From a virus (Duplodnaviria; Caudoviricetes), in IMG/VR virus record IMGVR_UViG_3300030330_003007, positions 1 to 34,969 of that record: a DNA stretch of 34,969 nucleotides. One strand, given 5' to 3'. The notes beneath the pieces are model-generated. The model did not search any database and had not been told where the DNA came from. It worked only from the letters and a program-made list of their open reading frames with translations. Positions 34,245 through 34,969 of the stretch are shown here, piece after piece. Made by a program: the position numbers and the translations under genes. How positions within the stretch are numbered: position 1 is the first letter of the stretch; every line of letters starts with the position of its first letter.

Positions 34245-34969
34245 ATGATTTTACCACCTACACAACGACCCGCCGCCCCGTTCAGATTCCGACCGACGAA
34301 TCAAGATGATTTATGGAATATGGCAATGATGCTCTCAAACGGCGACAACCGACGAGCGCATGATATGGTTCTTTGTTACGCTGAATACGGTCATCATTTT
34401 GATTATGACCTCGGCATTCTTAAGAGTCAGTGTTACGTGCTAAAGGGCACGCCCGCACTTAAAGCCGACGCGATTGCGGGAATTTGCCGCAAGTCCGGGC
34501 TCGTCGGCATTATGCGAATTTCATCATGGAGTGACAATCATTGCACATATGAAGTGAGCCGCGTTGATGAGCGTGTAAACGGGGTCGATATCATTCATGA
34601 GTTTACGTTTACGCGACAAATGGCCGACGCTCAAGGGCTAACACGAAACCGCAATTGGGACACCATGCCGCGCCAAATGCACCGAGTTAGAGCTCTTACT
34701 ATGGCGTTACGTGCGCTTTTTCCCGATGCTGTGTCAGGCCTTTACTCAGTTGATGAGATCGCCGATAATATGCCGATGGATGATTACGAACGTATGATGC
34801 TTACCGCTGAGTCGCTCGGCGAGGAAGTGAAACTTGACTCGCGAGCTCCACGATCACAGCCGGCACCGACGCCCGCACCCGCACCCGCACCGACGCCCGC
34901 ACCCGCACCCGCACCCGCACGGCCTGATGATATCACATTCAATATTCGACAAGATGAAGACTCAAACAA
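34245..34969 (+). CDS. RecT/Redbeta-like single-strand annealing recombinase, N-terminal part (continues at window start, ends 643)
   Basis: CYVLKGTPAL, NWDTMPRQM..RAL..ALRALFPDAVSGLYSVDE signature; GGAG SD; no stop before the end. Confidence 0.85.
   Translation, partial: MILPPTQRPAAPFRFRPTNQDDLWNMAMMLSNGDNRRAHDMVLCYAEYGHHFDYDLGILKSQCYVLKGTPALKADAIAGICRKSGLVGIMRISSWSDNHCTYEVSRVDERVNGVDIIHEFTFTRQMADAQGLTRNRNWDTMPRQMHRVRALTMALRALFPDAVSGLYSVDEIADNMPMDDYERMMLTAESLGEEVKLDSRAPRSQPAPTPAPAPAPTPAPAPAPARPDDITFNIRQDEDSN
34860..34919 (+). repeat. (CCCGCA)n hexamer repeat encoding Pro-Ala/Thr linker
   Basis: PAPTPAPAPAPTPAPAPAPA. Confidence 0.9.
34872..34969. repeat. Terminal direct repeat, right copy
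   Basis: Identical to 2-99. Confidence 0.95.

Noticed and set aside
34784-34969. Gly-Ala-rich minus-strand ORF
   Set aside because: Antisense reading of the Pro-Ala linker

Overview
The window is an apparently complete, circularly permuted ~34.87 kb tailed-phage genome (siphovirus-like: tail tube and tape measure present, no recognisable sheath). Positions 2-99 are identical to 34872-34969, and a RecT/Redbeta-like recombinase gene runs across that join. A divergent control region (33386-33497) separates a short + strand early operon (HTH regulator, small ORF, 30-aa membrane peptide, recombinase) from a long - strand run. That run covers an iteron-containing replication initiator, DnaC-like loader, SSB, accessory genes, TerS/TerL, an inserted cassette (C5 DNA methyltransferase with a full-length overprinted second frame, a membrane-anchored class III nucleotide cyclase, a 2-TM coiled-coil protein and a long hairpin), portal, protease/scaffold, capsid, tail, CHAP endolysin/holin, a duplicated tail fibre, three paralogous fibre-tip-like genes and Cys-rich membrane genes. 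No integrase, partition system, tRNA or CRISPR was seen. The best candidate for a new system is the cyclase + 2-TM pair, translationally coupled to the dual-frame methyltransferase between terminase and portal. All family assignments come from reading motifs by eye, not from database searches.
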